A stretch of 64,000 bases of DNA from Turneriella sp. (GTDB lineage: Bacteria > Spirochaetota > Leptospiria > Turneriellales > Turneriellaceae). The stretch spans positions 3,040,001-3,104,000 of the forward strand of contig CBDIID010000003.1 of assembly GCA_965279515.1 (NCBI GenBank). The letters are read 5' to 3'. A program made the translations under genes and the position numbers. Below are positions 46,416 to 56,286 of this stretch, in pieces; the first letter of the stretch is position 1, and each line of letters starts with the position of its first letter. The notes below the pieces were generated by a model. The model worked only from the letters and a program-made list of their open reading frames with translations. It had not been told where the DNA came from and made no database searches.

Positions 46416-48569
46416 CTAAAATCTGATTTCGACGCCGAAATTGGGTAAAATGGGAATCCTAGGTTCGAGAGGTTCGAGGGTGGGGTTAACTCCTTCCTGG
46501 TATGGCCGCGAATAATTAAATACCTGCTGCCCCTGGGGCGCCGAATTGGTCGCATTTACAACTTCGAAATACCATCGCCATGATCCCCAGGAACGAATGC
46601 GTTCCTGACTATAGCGGATACTGATGCGATGGGCAAGAGGGTAGTGTGCCGAACGCGAAGTATCGTAGACCGGATAAAACCCGGAAGAAGTCGATGAATC
46701 CCGTTGCGAATCTTTGATCGGGAAATAGGCGAACCCCGAGTAAATATCCGCTCGTAACGACAAATTATGGATGCCGTGGATGTAACCCGCGACGAGTTTT
46801 ATATTATGCGTTTGGTCGTACTCGCTTAGCTGGTCACGCGTAACACTGCGGCTCAGTGTATAACTCGCCCAACCATAAAAATCGTGCTCCCCTGTACCGT
46901 CACTCGCCTTACGGACTGAAAACTCGGCTCCCATATTCTTGGTCGCATACCGGTTGCCAAACTCAGGTGTATAACTTTGTCCGTAGTAAGCGCCGATTTG
47001 CCGGTAAATATCATTTAAGTATCCCTCGACTTTGAAATCCCAGAGCTTATATTTTTGTAATACTGCAAGACTACGATGCACCGCCTCCTCAGGTTTGAGA
47101 TTGGACGAATTGCTCAGAACTGCGAAACTGGAGGAGTACGTATCGAGATGGGCCATGTTGACCTGGGCAAAAGATTGATACACTCCGCCAGCTGCTTCGA
47201 GCGTCGTTCCCGTGGAAAAATCGTAACCCATGAGCCCGCGCGGTCCGATAGCGAGGTGCCGACTTACGGGCAGATAATCCGCCCTTACCCCTGGGACCAT
47301 TCGCAAAGAGCCAAATTGGAATTTATTCTCAACATAACCAGATGGCACATGATGAACACTATGATTATCATACTGGCGTTTGGGTGTTATGTATCCTTGG
47401 CCAGAAACCAAAACAGAAGAACTATAGTCTAAAAAATTACCCGAAGCGGCCAGGTAATAGAGCGAATATTCCAGTCCCAGATTTAAACGAGCGCTGCCTT
47501 CAAGCCACTGGATAGAAAAGTTGTTCTTGATGCCAGCGAGATTGGGCTGGCTTTTAGCGTAACCGCTAGTATCCGTGGTTTCGTAGTTAAAGCTGCCCCG
47601 ATCTGCGACGAGCGTATTAAAGAGAAGCACATGGTTCTTCATTTTACGCGACGGTTCATAGTCGTAATAGAGGCCCTGAGAGTGAGCAGAGATCTCCCAT
47701 GCAGTGCCCGGTTTGATGTACTTGAGATCTGAATCAAAGTAAGATTCTCCCGAACTGGCGCTGCGCAAGACCTCAACGATGTCGTAGCTTCCCAGCGCGA
47801 GAAAAGTCAGGCCGTGTTCACCCTTTTGATCGAGAACGATCTTGCCCTTTAGCTGATAGTCATAATATTGCGGCAGCGCGATGAAGGTATCGCCCGTAAT
47901 CGCTTTATAGATAGGAGGTATGATGAGCGGCAGATAGCCGACGCGCCCGGCCGTGATCCAGTAACCTTCGGGTCGATTGTCTCCGCCGGGCCATGGTGCT
48001 TTGAGCAGAAAATTCGCGGAAACCAGACCGATGTCGATCACGGCGCCAAACTTGTCGACGTCATCAATCGTCTTAAATTCCAGAACGGCTCCTGTGGCGC
48101 CGCCATAAGTCACTGGAAACGCCGAAGCGTAAACGTTCGCTTCCTTCACGATGTCGTTGTTCAGCACCGAGTGCAATCCGCCGAAATGCTGCGGCCGCGG
48201 AATCGGAATGCCGTCGACAAAAAAACGGTTCGCTTCATTACCTGCGCCGCGTATCACGAGATTGCCGAGCAGTGCGTCGGTGCGGGAAATACCAGCTAGA
48301 CTCGTCAGCGCGTTTAGCGCATCGCCGAACGTCGCCGGCGTGTTTTTTATCTGATCGCCTGTGAGCGTGACCCTGCCGGCGGTCTGTTTATCAGCTTCAC
48401 TTTTAAGAACGACCTTGCGCCCCGTCTTCACGGGCAACTCGTCCGCTGCATCGAGCGCTAAAGCAGCGCTCGCCAACAGGAAAAAATATTTCAGATATCT
48501 GAGATTAATAGAGATAAAAAGCCGCGGCCTTTTTCCGGAACTCTGCCTCTTCTTGCTGGTAGCTTTCAC
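46416..48569 (-). CDS. TonB-dependent receptor
   Basis: plug IRGAG..NRFFVDG...HFGGL, YGGATG; barrel ending GVEIRF; true start probably downstream of 48569. Confidence 0.82.
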   Translation of the reverse strand: MKATSKKRQSSGKRPRLFISINLRYLKYFFLLASAALALDAADELPVKTGRKVVLKSEADKQTAGRVTLTGDQIKNTPATFGDALNALTSLAGISRTDALLGNLVIRGAGNEANRFFVDGIPIPRPQHFGGLHSVLNNDIVKEANVYASAFPVTYGGATGAVLEFKTIDDVDKFGAVIDIGLVSANFLLKAPWPGGDNRPEGYWITAGRVGYLPLIIPPIYKAITGDTFIALPQYYDYQLKGKIVLDQKGEHGLTFLALGSYDIVEVLRSASSGESYFDSDLKYIKPGTAWEISAHSQGLYYDYEPSRKMKNHVLLFNTLVADRGSFNYETTDTSGYAKSQPNLAGIKNNFSIQWLEGSARLNLGLEYSLYYLAASGNFLDYSSSVLVSGQGYITPKRQYDNHSVHHVPSGYVENKFQFGSLRMVPGVRADYLPVSRHLAIGPRGLMGYDFSTGTTLEAAGGVYQSFAQVNMAHLDTYSSSFAVLSNSSNLKPEEAVHRSLAVLQKYKLWDFKVEGYLNDIYRQIGAYYGQSYTPEFGNRYATKNMGAEFSVRKASDGTGEHDFYGWASYTLSRSVTRDQLSEYDQTHNIKLVAGYIHGIHNLSLRADIYSGFAYFPIKDSQRDSSTSSGFYPVYDTSRSAHYPLAHRISIRYSQERIRSWGSWRWYFEVVNATNSAPQGQQVFNYSRPYQEGVNPTLEPLEPRIPILPNFGVEIRF

Positions 48570-49677
48570 GATAGGTTTCCAGATTTTCAGCGTTTTCGGT
48601 ATTCAGGCGAAAACCGGCCGAGCCGGTTAAGAGGTCGATCGCGAGAACATCGGCGACATATTCGTAGGGCTCGCGCCTCCAGTCAAAGTTTTTCGGCCAA
48701 AGGTCGTGTGCGGTTTTGACCATGGCAAGGCCGGTATAATACGATTCGAAGACGGTTACATCCGTCACATGCACAAACACACCGCCGCAGGCCTGGTCCT
48801 GGAATTTGTGGAATGTCGGCTTAAAATAGAGCGGGCGAAAAAAAACGCCGGGGATAGCCTGCGCATTTAAGGCTGTGGCGTATTGTTTGGGATCGATAAA
48901 CGGCGCGCCGATGATTTCGAATGGGCGTGTGGTACCGCGGCCTTCGGAAATATTGGTTGCTTCAAAAAGGCAGGTGCCGGAATACACAACGGCGGTATCG
49001 ACCGTCGGCATATTCGGTGAAGGCTGCACCCATGTGCCGCCCGTCTCGCCATAAGACATCCCCCTTTGCCAGCCTTCGAGGCGGATAATTTCGAGATCTG
49101 TATTCCATTGTTCTGTGCGGTTAAGCAGCGAGGCGATTTCACCGATTGTCAGCGAATGCCGCACGGCGAGCGGGTAGGCACCGACAAAAGATTCGCAGCC
49201 TTCATGCACGATGCCGCCTTCGACAACCTTACCGCCGAGCGGGTTCGGGCGGTCGCAGACGATTACACGGATGCCGCGTTTTGCCGCTGCCTCGATGCAG
49301 AACGCCATCGTATAGCTGTAAGTGTAATAACGACAGCCAATATCCTGGATATCGACGACGAGCGTATCGATGCCGTCGAGATCAGAGGCGGATGGCCTCA
49401 GTTGTTCTTTGGTCTGGCCGTAAAGGCTGATGGCCTTGAGTCCCGTGAAGCTATCGGTTTCGTGAGCAACGGTAATTTGGTCCTGCTCGGTGCCAAACAT
49501 GCCGTGTTCAGGCGCGAAGATTTTTTCGGGCCTGAAACCCTGCGCCATAAGCGCCTCGAACAGGTATTTGCCGTTCGTCGCAACGGAGCTCTGGTTAACG
49601 AGCAGCGCAAAGCGCCGACCCTTAAGATATTTTCCGGGATCGGCGGTCAGCCGATCGACGCCAAAAGTGACGGACAT
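48505..49677 (-). CDS. namZ: exo-beta-N-acetylmuramidase NamZ (DUF1343)
   Basis: FAPEHG, SLYG, DIQDIGCRYYTY, DRPNP, SPNMP, SEGRGTTRPFE. Confidence 0.88.
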   Translation of the reverse strand: MSVTFGVDRLTADPGKYLKGRRFALLVNQSSVATNGKYLFEALMAQGFRPEKIFAPEHGMFGTEQDQITVAHETDSFTGLKAISLYGQTKEQLRPSASDLDGIDTLVVDIQDIGCRYYTYSYTMAFCIEAAAKRGIRVIVCDRPNPLGGKVVEGGIVHEGCESFVGAYPLAVRHSLTIGEIASLLNRTEQWNTDLEIIRLEGWQRGMSYGETGGTWVQPSPNMPTVDTAVVYSGTCLFEATNISEGRGTTRPFEIIGAPFIDPKQYATALNAQAIPGVFFRPLYFKPTFHKFQDQACGGVFVHVTDVTVFESYYTGLAMVKTAHDLWPKNFDWRREPYEYVADVLAIDLLTGSAGFRLNTENAENLETYRESYQQEEAEFRKKAAAFYLY

Positions 49678-49690
49678 CGTTCAGCGCTTT

Positions 49691-51142
49691 CTAGCGTCTG
49701 AACATGCCGACGATCAGATTGATCTGGCGCATCACCCATTTTGTGTAAGGAGGGAACAGGTTGCTCGTGACGCTGAATTTGTCCGTGAGCACCGCGCGTT
49801 CGTGTGAAAAGGCGCGAAAGCCGTAAACACCGTGCGAGTTGCCGATGCCGCTGTTGTTCACGCCGCCAAAGGGCAGGTTCGCATGCAGAAAGTGCACAGC
49901 GCTTGTGTTGATGCAGGTACCGCCGGCGCTGGTGTTCCTGAGAATCTGTTCTGTGCGCTTTTTGTTTTTTCCAAAGATATAAAGCGCCAGGGGTTTCGGC
50001 CTGCCATTGATGTCGTCGATCACAGTGGCTACGTCAGAGAACGGAATAATTGGTAAAAGCGGCCCGAAGATTTCAGAATGCATGATGTCCGATTTTTTCG
50101 AAACATTGTCCAGGAGTGTCGGCGCAATAAAATTATCCGCGGCATTCGTTTCGCCGCCGGCTACCACGAGCGCGCCCTTGGCCTTCGCATCATCGAGCAG
50201 GTGTTTGACGCGCTTGAAATGGCGGCCATTGACGATGCGGCAATAGTCGGGATTTTTTTCCTGGACCTGGCCGTTCTCGCCATAGACAGCCGCGATGCGT
50301 TTCTGTGCCTCTTGCACGAATGCGGTTTTGACATCTTCGTGCACATAGAGTAAATCGGGCGCGATGCAGGTTTGCCCGTTGTTGGCGAACTTACTCCACA
50401 TGATATTGCCCGCGGCCTTTTTAATATTGGCGGATTGATCGACGATGACAGGCGATTTGCCGCCGAGCTCGAGCGTCACCGAACTCAGGTTCTTCGCGGC
50501 GGCCGCCATGACGATCTTGCCGACGCCCGGGCTGCCGGTAAAGAAGATGTGATCGAAAGGCAGCTTCAGCAGGTTTGTCGAGACCTTCTCGTCACCCTGG
50601 AATACGGCAACTTCATCAGCAGAAAAAACTTCGCCGACGATTTTTTCCATCAGCTGCGACATGTGTGGTGTAAACTCAGAGGGTTTGATCATCACCGTGT
50701 TGCCGGCGGCGATCGCCGAGACCAGTGGGCCGAATGTGAGATTAAACGGATAGTTCCACGGTGAAATGATGAGGCAGACACCTTTGGGCTCGGAGCGCAC
50801 ATGGGCGACGGTACCAAAGAGCGGCAGTGTCATCGGCGCGGGTTTGGGGCGCATCCATTTTTTCAGGTGTTTTTGCGCATCTTTGATCTCGATGAGCACC
50901 GGGAAAATCTCGGTGAGATCGATTTCAGCTACGGGTTTTTTGAAGTCAGCGTAACCCGCGGCGTAGATATCCTTTGTATGCGCGACGACGGCTTCACGCA
51001 GGCGTTTCAGTTTCTGGATTCTGCTCGCGGCATCAGATGTGCGCAGCGCCAGCGCCTTTTCTCTTTGCTGCGCGAAAATACCCTGCATATCGGGTGCCGC
51101 AGGTTGTTTTTTCGCGGTGGGTTTTTTTGTCTTGGCCTTCAT
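49691..51142 (-). CDS. aldehyde dehydrogenase (ALDH3-like)
   Basis: SPWNYP, FTGS, LELGGKSP, GQTCIAPD, EIFGP. Confidence 0.93.
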   Translation of the reverse strand: MKAKTKKPTAKKQPAAPDMQGIFAQQREKALALRTSDAASRIQKLKRLREAVVAHTKDIYAAGYADFKKPVAEIDLTEIFPVLIEIKDAQKHLKKWMRPKPAPMTLPLFGTVAHVRSEPKGVCLIISPWNYPFNLTFGPLVSAIAAGNTVMIKPSEFTPHMSQLMEKIVGEVFSADEVAVFQGDEKVSTNLLKLPFDHIFFTGSPGVGKIVMAAAAKNLSSVTLELGGKSPVIVDQSANIKKAAGNIMWSKFANNGQTCIAPDLLYVHEDVKTAFVQEAQKRIAAVYGENGQVQEKNPDYCRIVNGRHFKRVKHLLDDAKAKGALVVAGGETNAADNFIAPTLLDNVSKKSDIMHSEIFGPLLPIIPFSDVATVIDDINGRPKPLALYIFGKNKKRTEQILRNTSAGGTCINTSAVHFLHANLPFGGVNNSGIGNSHGVYGFRAFSHERAVLTDKFSVTSNLFPPYTKWVMRQINLIVGMFRR

Positions 51143-51178
51143 AAGCGAGCCTTTGGGCGCCCGCTTCGGCCGTAAAGG

Positions 51179-53689
51179 CTATTTGGACTTCATCACCGTC
51201 ACGCCATCCCAATCCTGCGGTGGTGCCTTTTTGATATAGGCCGTGCAGCGTTCGATGAACATCTCGCCGATCGGGTCTTCAGGGAAGGTCTTTTTGAGTT
51301 CGCTATAAAGGCTGAGCGCCTTTTCGAATTCGCGACCCATGTATGCGTTGAAGGCGCTCTCGGTGAGTTTCTGTGATTTCAGATCGTCCTTGGTCGGTGC
51401 AATATCGGCGTCCGCGGGTAATCCTGCTAGCAGCTGATAGATCTTCACGCCGCGGCTCTTGCCTTTGACGGCAACCACGTCGATCGGCCTGAAGCAGAAT
51501 TGGGATTTCACCTTTTCATACGTGCTTTCACCGACGATGATAGTCGTGCCATAATACTTGTTGATCGCCTCAAGCCGTGAGGCGAGATTCACCGAGTCAC
51601 CGAGCACGGTATAATTCATGCGGTCGCTCGAACCCATATTGCCGACGCTGACATCTCCCGAGCTGATGCCAAAGCGCGTGTAGAGCTCGGGCTTACCGTC
51701 CTTAATCCATTTTTTATTGAGATCGTTGAGCTTTGCGACGCAGAGCAGCGCAGCTTTGCAGCTATGGTATTCTTGCTGGTCGTCAGCGTTCGGAGCGCCC
51801 CAGAAGCTCATGATGGCATCGCCGATATATTTATCAACAGTGCCCTGTTGCTCGAGAATAATCTGCGTCAGATTATCGAGATACTCTGAAATGTGGATCA
51901 GCAGCTCTTCGGTCGTCATGCTCTCCGAAATAGTCGTGAAGCCCGCGATGTCGGTGAACATCATCGTGAGGTGGCGTTTCTCCCCGCCGAGTTCGGCGCC
52001 CTTGCCAGAGGCGATGAGTTGTTTGACCAAGGTGAAAGGAACAAACTTACTGAATGATTTGAGGCCGTGTTTCATGGCGGCGAGTGCATCGGCGATCAGG
52101 GCAATTTCGTAAAAAAATGAACGGTGTCTGACTGATTCATCGATGTCGAGATTCTGAATCCGGTTCATATCCTGCGCAATGAGTTTCAGAGGCGCGAGAA
52201 TGCGGTGCGCCGCGAAAATAATGGCGCCGATCGAGAGTATGAGTATCGCAAGTGAAATCAGCGTCACGTGCAAAATCGTTGTCTTGAGTGCGCCAATGAA
52301 GTCGTTTACGGGTACGAGAATTCCGATCATCCATTCTTTGCCGTAACTATCCGGGAAATCCTGGAAACTCGCAAGGTATTCGTCACCCGTCGCGCTGAAG
52401 CGCACGTTGTATGTGTAATTGATCGAATCCAGAACGTCGTCCACGGTGGGAATAACTTCAGGCGGCAGGTTCGCGTTGAGCGTAATTGTCTTCTGCTCGT
52501 CATTCAGGGTATAGACTTTATCGAATGCCTTACGTGGCTCGGCTTCGAGTTTTTTAACGGCTTTATGGTAGTCCTGGTAGTTGAGTTTCTTCGGAATGTT
52601 TTTGCCGTCGCCCAAGTTGGATTTCTCTTTGTATTTCCGGAATGCGGCCGCCAGCGCGGGATTTCCCACTTCGTCGACCTTGGCGAACCTGCATTTGGGC
52701 GGCGCTTCTTTGACACCGGCTTCATTGCCCGCCTTTTTCTGGCGTGCGAGTTCTTTGGCGGTCTTTTCTTTCTTTTTGGGTTCTTTTGCCGGCGCCGGAG
52801 TTGGTGAAGGTGTTGCCTGCGGTGTAACCTCTGACGACTTTTCTTCGCAGCGCGTGATCTTATCCATATCGGGATACGCGATCACCTGACCTTCCCCATC
52901 GACAATAAAGGCCATGCCGTTTTGCCCGACCGTGAGGCGTGAAGAAATGCCGTCCTTCAGCGAAAGCGCGATGCTTGCCGAAATGACAATTTTGGTCTTG
53001 CCCTGTGCGTCGCGGATAGCCTCCACATTGGCGGTTCCGAATTCACCGTTCTGGTAAATCCGCACATCGGTCCAGGTATTGCCCTTGGCCTTGTCGGCAT
53101 CCATATACCATACCTTCGTGCGCGCGTCATAATTGATTTTCGCCGCAGGAACATCTTCGCGGTCGATCACCTGCATCTTCTTGTTCATATAGAGGTAATA
53201 TTCAACACCGCCGGGGCGATCTACGTAATGCGAGCGAAACGCCACTTCGGGCGGCAGCGGCTTAGCCTTATTGACACTGTATTTGGGCTCGTCGAAAATC
53301 TTGCCCACCATCAGCAACGAGCCCGTATTGTCGCCGGCGCTGATGGCGAAAATTTCACGCTGCGCCCTGAGCTGCCCCGCCATCACTGAAAATAATTTCT
53401 CATAATTGCCGCGCACCGAATTGACTTCTTTGAAACCCCAGGTCGTGGCCGTCACGGTTCGTTTTGCTGTACCCAGGTAGCGCAGCACGTCACGGCGCAT
53501 GCTGCGGTTTGTCGACTTCATCATCTGCCACGCTGATTTGAGCGCGCCATCGGAAGTCTCCACGTAAGTGTAAACAAGGGTAAAGATCGAAGATATGGCG
53601 AGCAGCAACACAACCAAGGTCGTAATAGCCAGCTGCAATTGGCTTTTGCCCCGGGTGAATAATTTAGTGACGTTAAACTCTTCTTTCAT
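51179..53689 (-). CDS. adenylate/guanylate cyclase with periplasmic Cache-like and HAMP domains
   Basis: two TM helices; FTDIAGFT, DKYIGDAIM, YTVLGDSVNLASRLE, WDGV tail. Confidence 0.92.
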   Translation of the reverse strand: MKEEFNVTKLFTRGKSQLQLAITTLVVLLLAISSIFTLVYTYVETSDGALKSAWQMMKSTNRSMRRDVLRYLGTAKRTVTATTWGFKEVNSVRGNYEKLFSVMAGQLRAQREIFAISAGDNTGSLLMVGKIFDEPKYSVNKAKPLPPEVAFRSHYVDRPGGVEYYLYMNKKMQVIDREDVPAAKINYDARTKVWYMDADKAKGNTWTDVRIYQNGEFGTANVEAIRDAQGKTKIVISASIALSLKDGISSRLTVGQNGMAFIVDGEGQVIAYPDMDKITRCEEKSSEVTPQATPSPTPAPAKEPKKKEKTAKELARQKKAGNEAGVKEAPPKCRFAKVDEVGNPALAAAFRKYKEKSNLGDGKNIPKKLNYQDYHKAVKKLEAEPRKAFDKVYTLNDEQKTITLNANLPPEVIPTVDDVLDSINYTYNVRFSATGDEYLASFQDFPDSYGKEWMIGILVPVNDFIGALKTTILHVTLISLAILILSIGAIIFAAHRILAPLKLIAQDMNRIQNLDIDESVRHRSFFYEIALIADALAAMKHGLKSFSKFVPFTLVKQLIASGKGAELGGEKRHLTMMFTDIAGFTTISESMTTEELLIHISEYLDNLTQIILEQQGTVDKYIGDAIMSFWGAPNADDQQEYHSCKAALLCVAKLNDLNKKWIKDGKPELYTRFGISSGDVSVGNMGSSDRMNYTVLGDSVNLASRLEAINKYYGTTIIVGESTYEKVKSQFCFRPIDVVAVKGKSRGVKIYQLLAGLPADADIAPTKDDLKSQKLTESAFNAYMGREFEKALSLYSELKKTFPEDPIGEMFIERCTAYIKKAPPQDWDGVTVMKSK

Positions 53690-53761
53690 GATTGCCTTGG
53701 CGTGCGCGCCGACTCGCATGAGTCACGGCCATGCGCACCCGTCAAACCATTTTGGCCGCGA

Positions 53762-54511
53762 TCAGCGGCCTAATGCCTGGATCTCGGGGCTGAGGAATTT
53801 GGACCAGTGCCAGGCGTCGATGGCGACGGCGCGGTTCACAGCCGCATAACTTTCAGGTGTGCCGCAATCATACCAGCGGTCTTCGTGGATATACGCGCAG
53901 ACTTTTTTTCCGGCGGCAATGAGGCCCGTGTACCCGGTATAGACGATGCTTGAAGGTTCTGTCTTAAGGTATTGAAAGAGCAACGGCTCAAAGACAGCAA
54001 TGCCGGCATAGAGGTGGTGTCCGCTACTCGCCGGGCTGAAAGTCCGGTTGATATCGGTAATTTCATCGTTTTCACCGATGCTGATCGGGGCAATGTCGTT
54101 CGCCTGCGCGTGCGGCACCGTGACAATTGTCAATGCCGCCTGCCGCGCTTCATGGAACCTGAGCAAACGGGGGATATCCACATCGGCGACAATGTCGGCG
54201 TTCGCCAGCAAAACGGGCGCGTCAGCGATAAAATCTTCGCACCGCTTCACGCCACCACCGGTATCCAAAAGTTCTTTTTCGTGGGAGATCTTCAGTTCCC
54301 AGGGATGCCCGACGCGGTTCAGAATGCGATCGATGCTTTGCGGAAAGTGGTGTGTGTTCACCGCCAGCTTCTTCACGCCCGCGGCATAGAAAAAATTCAG
54401 CGAATACGCAAGCATCGGCAACCCGGCAACGGGCAGCGCCGGCTTCGCCGTCTTGTCCGTTAAAGGTTTTAGGCGCGTGCCACGACCCGCCGCAAGCAGA
54501 AATCCGTTCAT
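53762..54511 (-). CDS. murU: sugar-phosphate nucleotidyltransferase, MurU-like
   Basis: LAAGRGTRLKPLT..AKP, LLDTGGG, WYDCGTPE; near an amgK-like gene. Confidence 0.7.
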   Translation of the reverse strand: MNGFLLAAGRGTRLKPLTDKTAKPALPVAGLPMLAYSLNFFYAAGVKKLAVNTHHFPQSIDRILNRVGHPWELKISHEKELLDTGGGVKRCEDFIADAPVLLANADIVADVDIPRLLRFHEARQAALTIVTVPHAQANDIAPISIGENDEITDINRTFSPASSGHHLYAGIAVFEPLLFQYLKTEPSSIVYTGYTGLIAAGKKVCAYIHEDRWYDCGTPESYAAVNRAVAIDAWHWSKFLSPEIQALGR

Positions 54512-54924
54512 CACCATTCCCCTGAGTCTTTCCAATTCTGCGTCGGTTTTTTATTCGCGCGTTTCGCCGCCGCTTTCCGTTTTGCCTTGCGCTTGCGGTC
54601 GAGCTTCGCCAGCCGCTTTTTCTTGTGCGCCGGATTTTCTTCGGCGCGCGCGTCGCGTTCACGTTGTTCGAGCTTTTCGCAGAGCATGACGCGCGCCGCA
54701 TAGCGGTTCATGCCCTGGGTGCGGTGCGTGCTGCATTTGATGTCGATGCTGCTGGGCTTATGCGAAAGACGCACGGCCGTCGAAACCTTGTTCACGTTTT
54801 GACCGCCCTTGCCGCCGCTGCGGATAAATGATTCGGTGAGATCGGCTTCCTGAATGCCCAACTTGGCCATACGCGCCGCCAGGGCGGAAATTTTGCCCGC
54901 CGACACAGGTAGGGAGACTGCCAT
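54511..54924 (-). CDS. peptidyl-tRNA hydrolase / release-factor-like protein (ArfB-like)
   Basis: [12 protein letters not shown] (GGQ motif) and basic C-terminal tail. Confidence 0.82.
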   Translation of the reverse strand: MAVSLPVSAGKISALAARMAKLGIQEADLTESFIRSGGKGGQNVNKVSTAVRLSHKPSSIDIKCSTHRTQGMNRYAARVMLCEKLEQRERDARAEENPAHKKKRLAKLDRKRKAKRKAAAKRANKKPTQNWKDSGEW

Positions 54925-55040
54925 TTTGAGTGATGTTCGAGCCTTTTGTCAGTCAACGTGTCACGCCGATTTAGCGTGTGTTTTGCCTGAGCCGGTATCC
55001 CGGTTTACGCCATAACTTGCGGCCGGCTGATATCGCCATT

Positions 55041-55244
55041 ATGCCATACGTGAATATTCAAATTACGAAAGGCGCCACGCGCGACCAACGCGAGCAGCTG
55101 GTGCGCGAGGTGACAGATTCTCTGGTGCGCATCCTGAATAAGAAGCCCGACCACACGCATATTGTGATTCAGGAAATCGAAGAAGACCACTGGGGCTTCG
55201 GCGGCATGCTCACCGAAGATTATAAAAAGAAGAACCCGGGTTAA
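55041..55244 (+). CDS. 4-oxalocrotonate tautomerase family protein
   Basis: N-terminal M-P, HIVIQE..HWGFGG. Confidence 0.88.
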   Translation: MPYVNIQITKGATRDQREQLVREVTDSLVRILNKKPDHTHIVIQEIEEDHWGFGGMLTEDYKKKNPG

Positions 55245-55256
55245 AGTCGTCAGCAG

Positions 55257-56252
55257 CTATTGCTGCTCGATAAAACTTTCCAGGCGAAAGGTGATCCCCC
55301 GTAGTTTGACATCTTCGCCCGTGATGTCCGCGAGCATCTGCCAGGCTGGCTCCAGATAGGATTCAAAATCGGCGCGGCCGAGGGCCGCCTGCCTGCCGAA
55401 TGTACCCATCGCCTTGACAAGCCGCTGAAAGGCGCTGAGCCGCAGGGCTTCATCAAATTCGGTCCGCGTTTGGCGGTGGATCTCCCGACCGTTTTCAAAG
55501 GCGAAATCCGCAAGCCTGGCACGCAGCGTTTTTTCGATCGGCGCATAGGCATCATAAAGAAGAGAACTGAGATCGTATTGGAAAAGACCAAGGCGGGCAT
55601 CCTGAAAGTCGATGATAAATTGGCGATTTTCGAAGACCATGATATTGCGCGAATGGTAGTCCCGGTGGGTGAAAACCTTGTGCGCCGGCGCTGCGAGCGT
55701 TTCTGCAATGCGGTTAAACTCGCTGCGCATCGGGAATAAATCCGCATCATCAAGCTTAACGCCGTAATAACCCAGAAGCGTATGCTGGATAAAAAACTCG
55801 AATTCCCAGTTCAGCTTGGCGGCGTCAAAACTGAGGCCGAATGCAGGGCAGCGGCCATCAGGGGATAATCGCTGCCAGCGAAACATGTGCTCGATGGCCT
55901 GCTGGTACAGAACCTCTGTCTGCCCGGGATTTTCGCGCAGCATTTGATTGAGGCTGATGTCCCCTAAATCCTGCTGCACCATGACACCTAGACTGGCGTC
56001 TGTGTAGATTATTCCGGGTACTGACACCCCACCCTTTTTAAGGAAGGTTTGGATTTCACCCACTAACGGCATATTGGTGTGTGCGGTTGTGGCATCTTCG
56101 TGGACACCCACGAGTGTTGTGCCGTCGGCCAGCGCCAGTCGGTAGTAGCGCCGAGACGAAGCCTCGGGCACGAGGGGGCGTACTTCTTTCAATGCGGTGG
56201 ACCGCCCGGCGCTTTGGAGCGCTTTGGCAAAAATTTCCCGTGCGTCGTTCAC
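55257..56252 (-). CDS. amgK: anomeric MurNAc/GlcNAc kinase AmgK-like phosphotransferase
   Basis: EASSRRYYR, QDLG, HRDYHSRNIM, IDFQDARLG, YDLSSLL, QRLVKAMGTF; start taken at GTG 56252. Confidence 0.78.
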   Translation of the reverse strand: MNDAREIFAKALQSAGRSTALKEVRPLVPEASSRRYYRLALADGTTLVGVHEDATTAHTNMPLVGEIQTFLKKGGVSVPGIIYTDASLGVMVQQDLGDISLNQMLRENPGQTEVLYQQAIEHMFRWQRLSPDGRCPAFGLSFDAAKLNWEFEFFIQHTLLGYYGVKLDDADLFPMRSEFNRIAETLAAPAHKVFTHRDYHSRNIMVFENRQFIIDFQDARLGLFQYDLSSLLYDAYAPIEKTLRARLADFAFENGREIHRQTRTEFDEALRLSAFQRLVKAMGTFGRQAALGRADFESYLEPAWQMLADITGEDVKLRGITFRLESFIEQQ

Positions 56253-56286
56253 GTAATTGCGCGCGGGAAAAAGCCACGCCCGGTCA

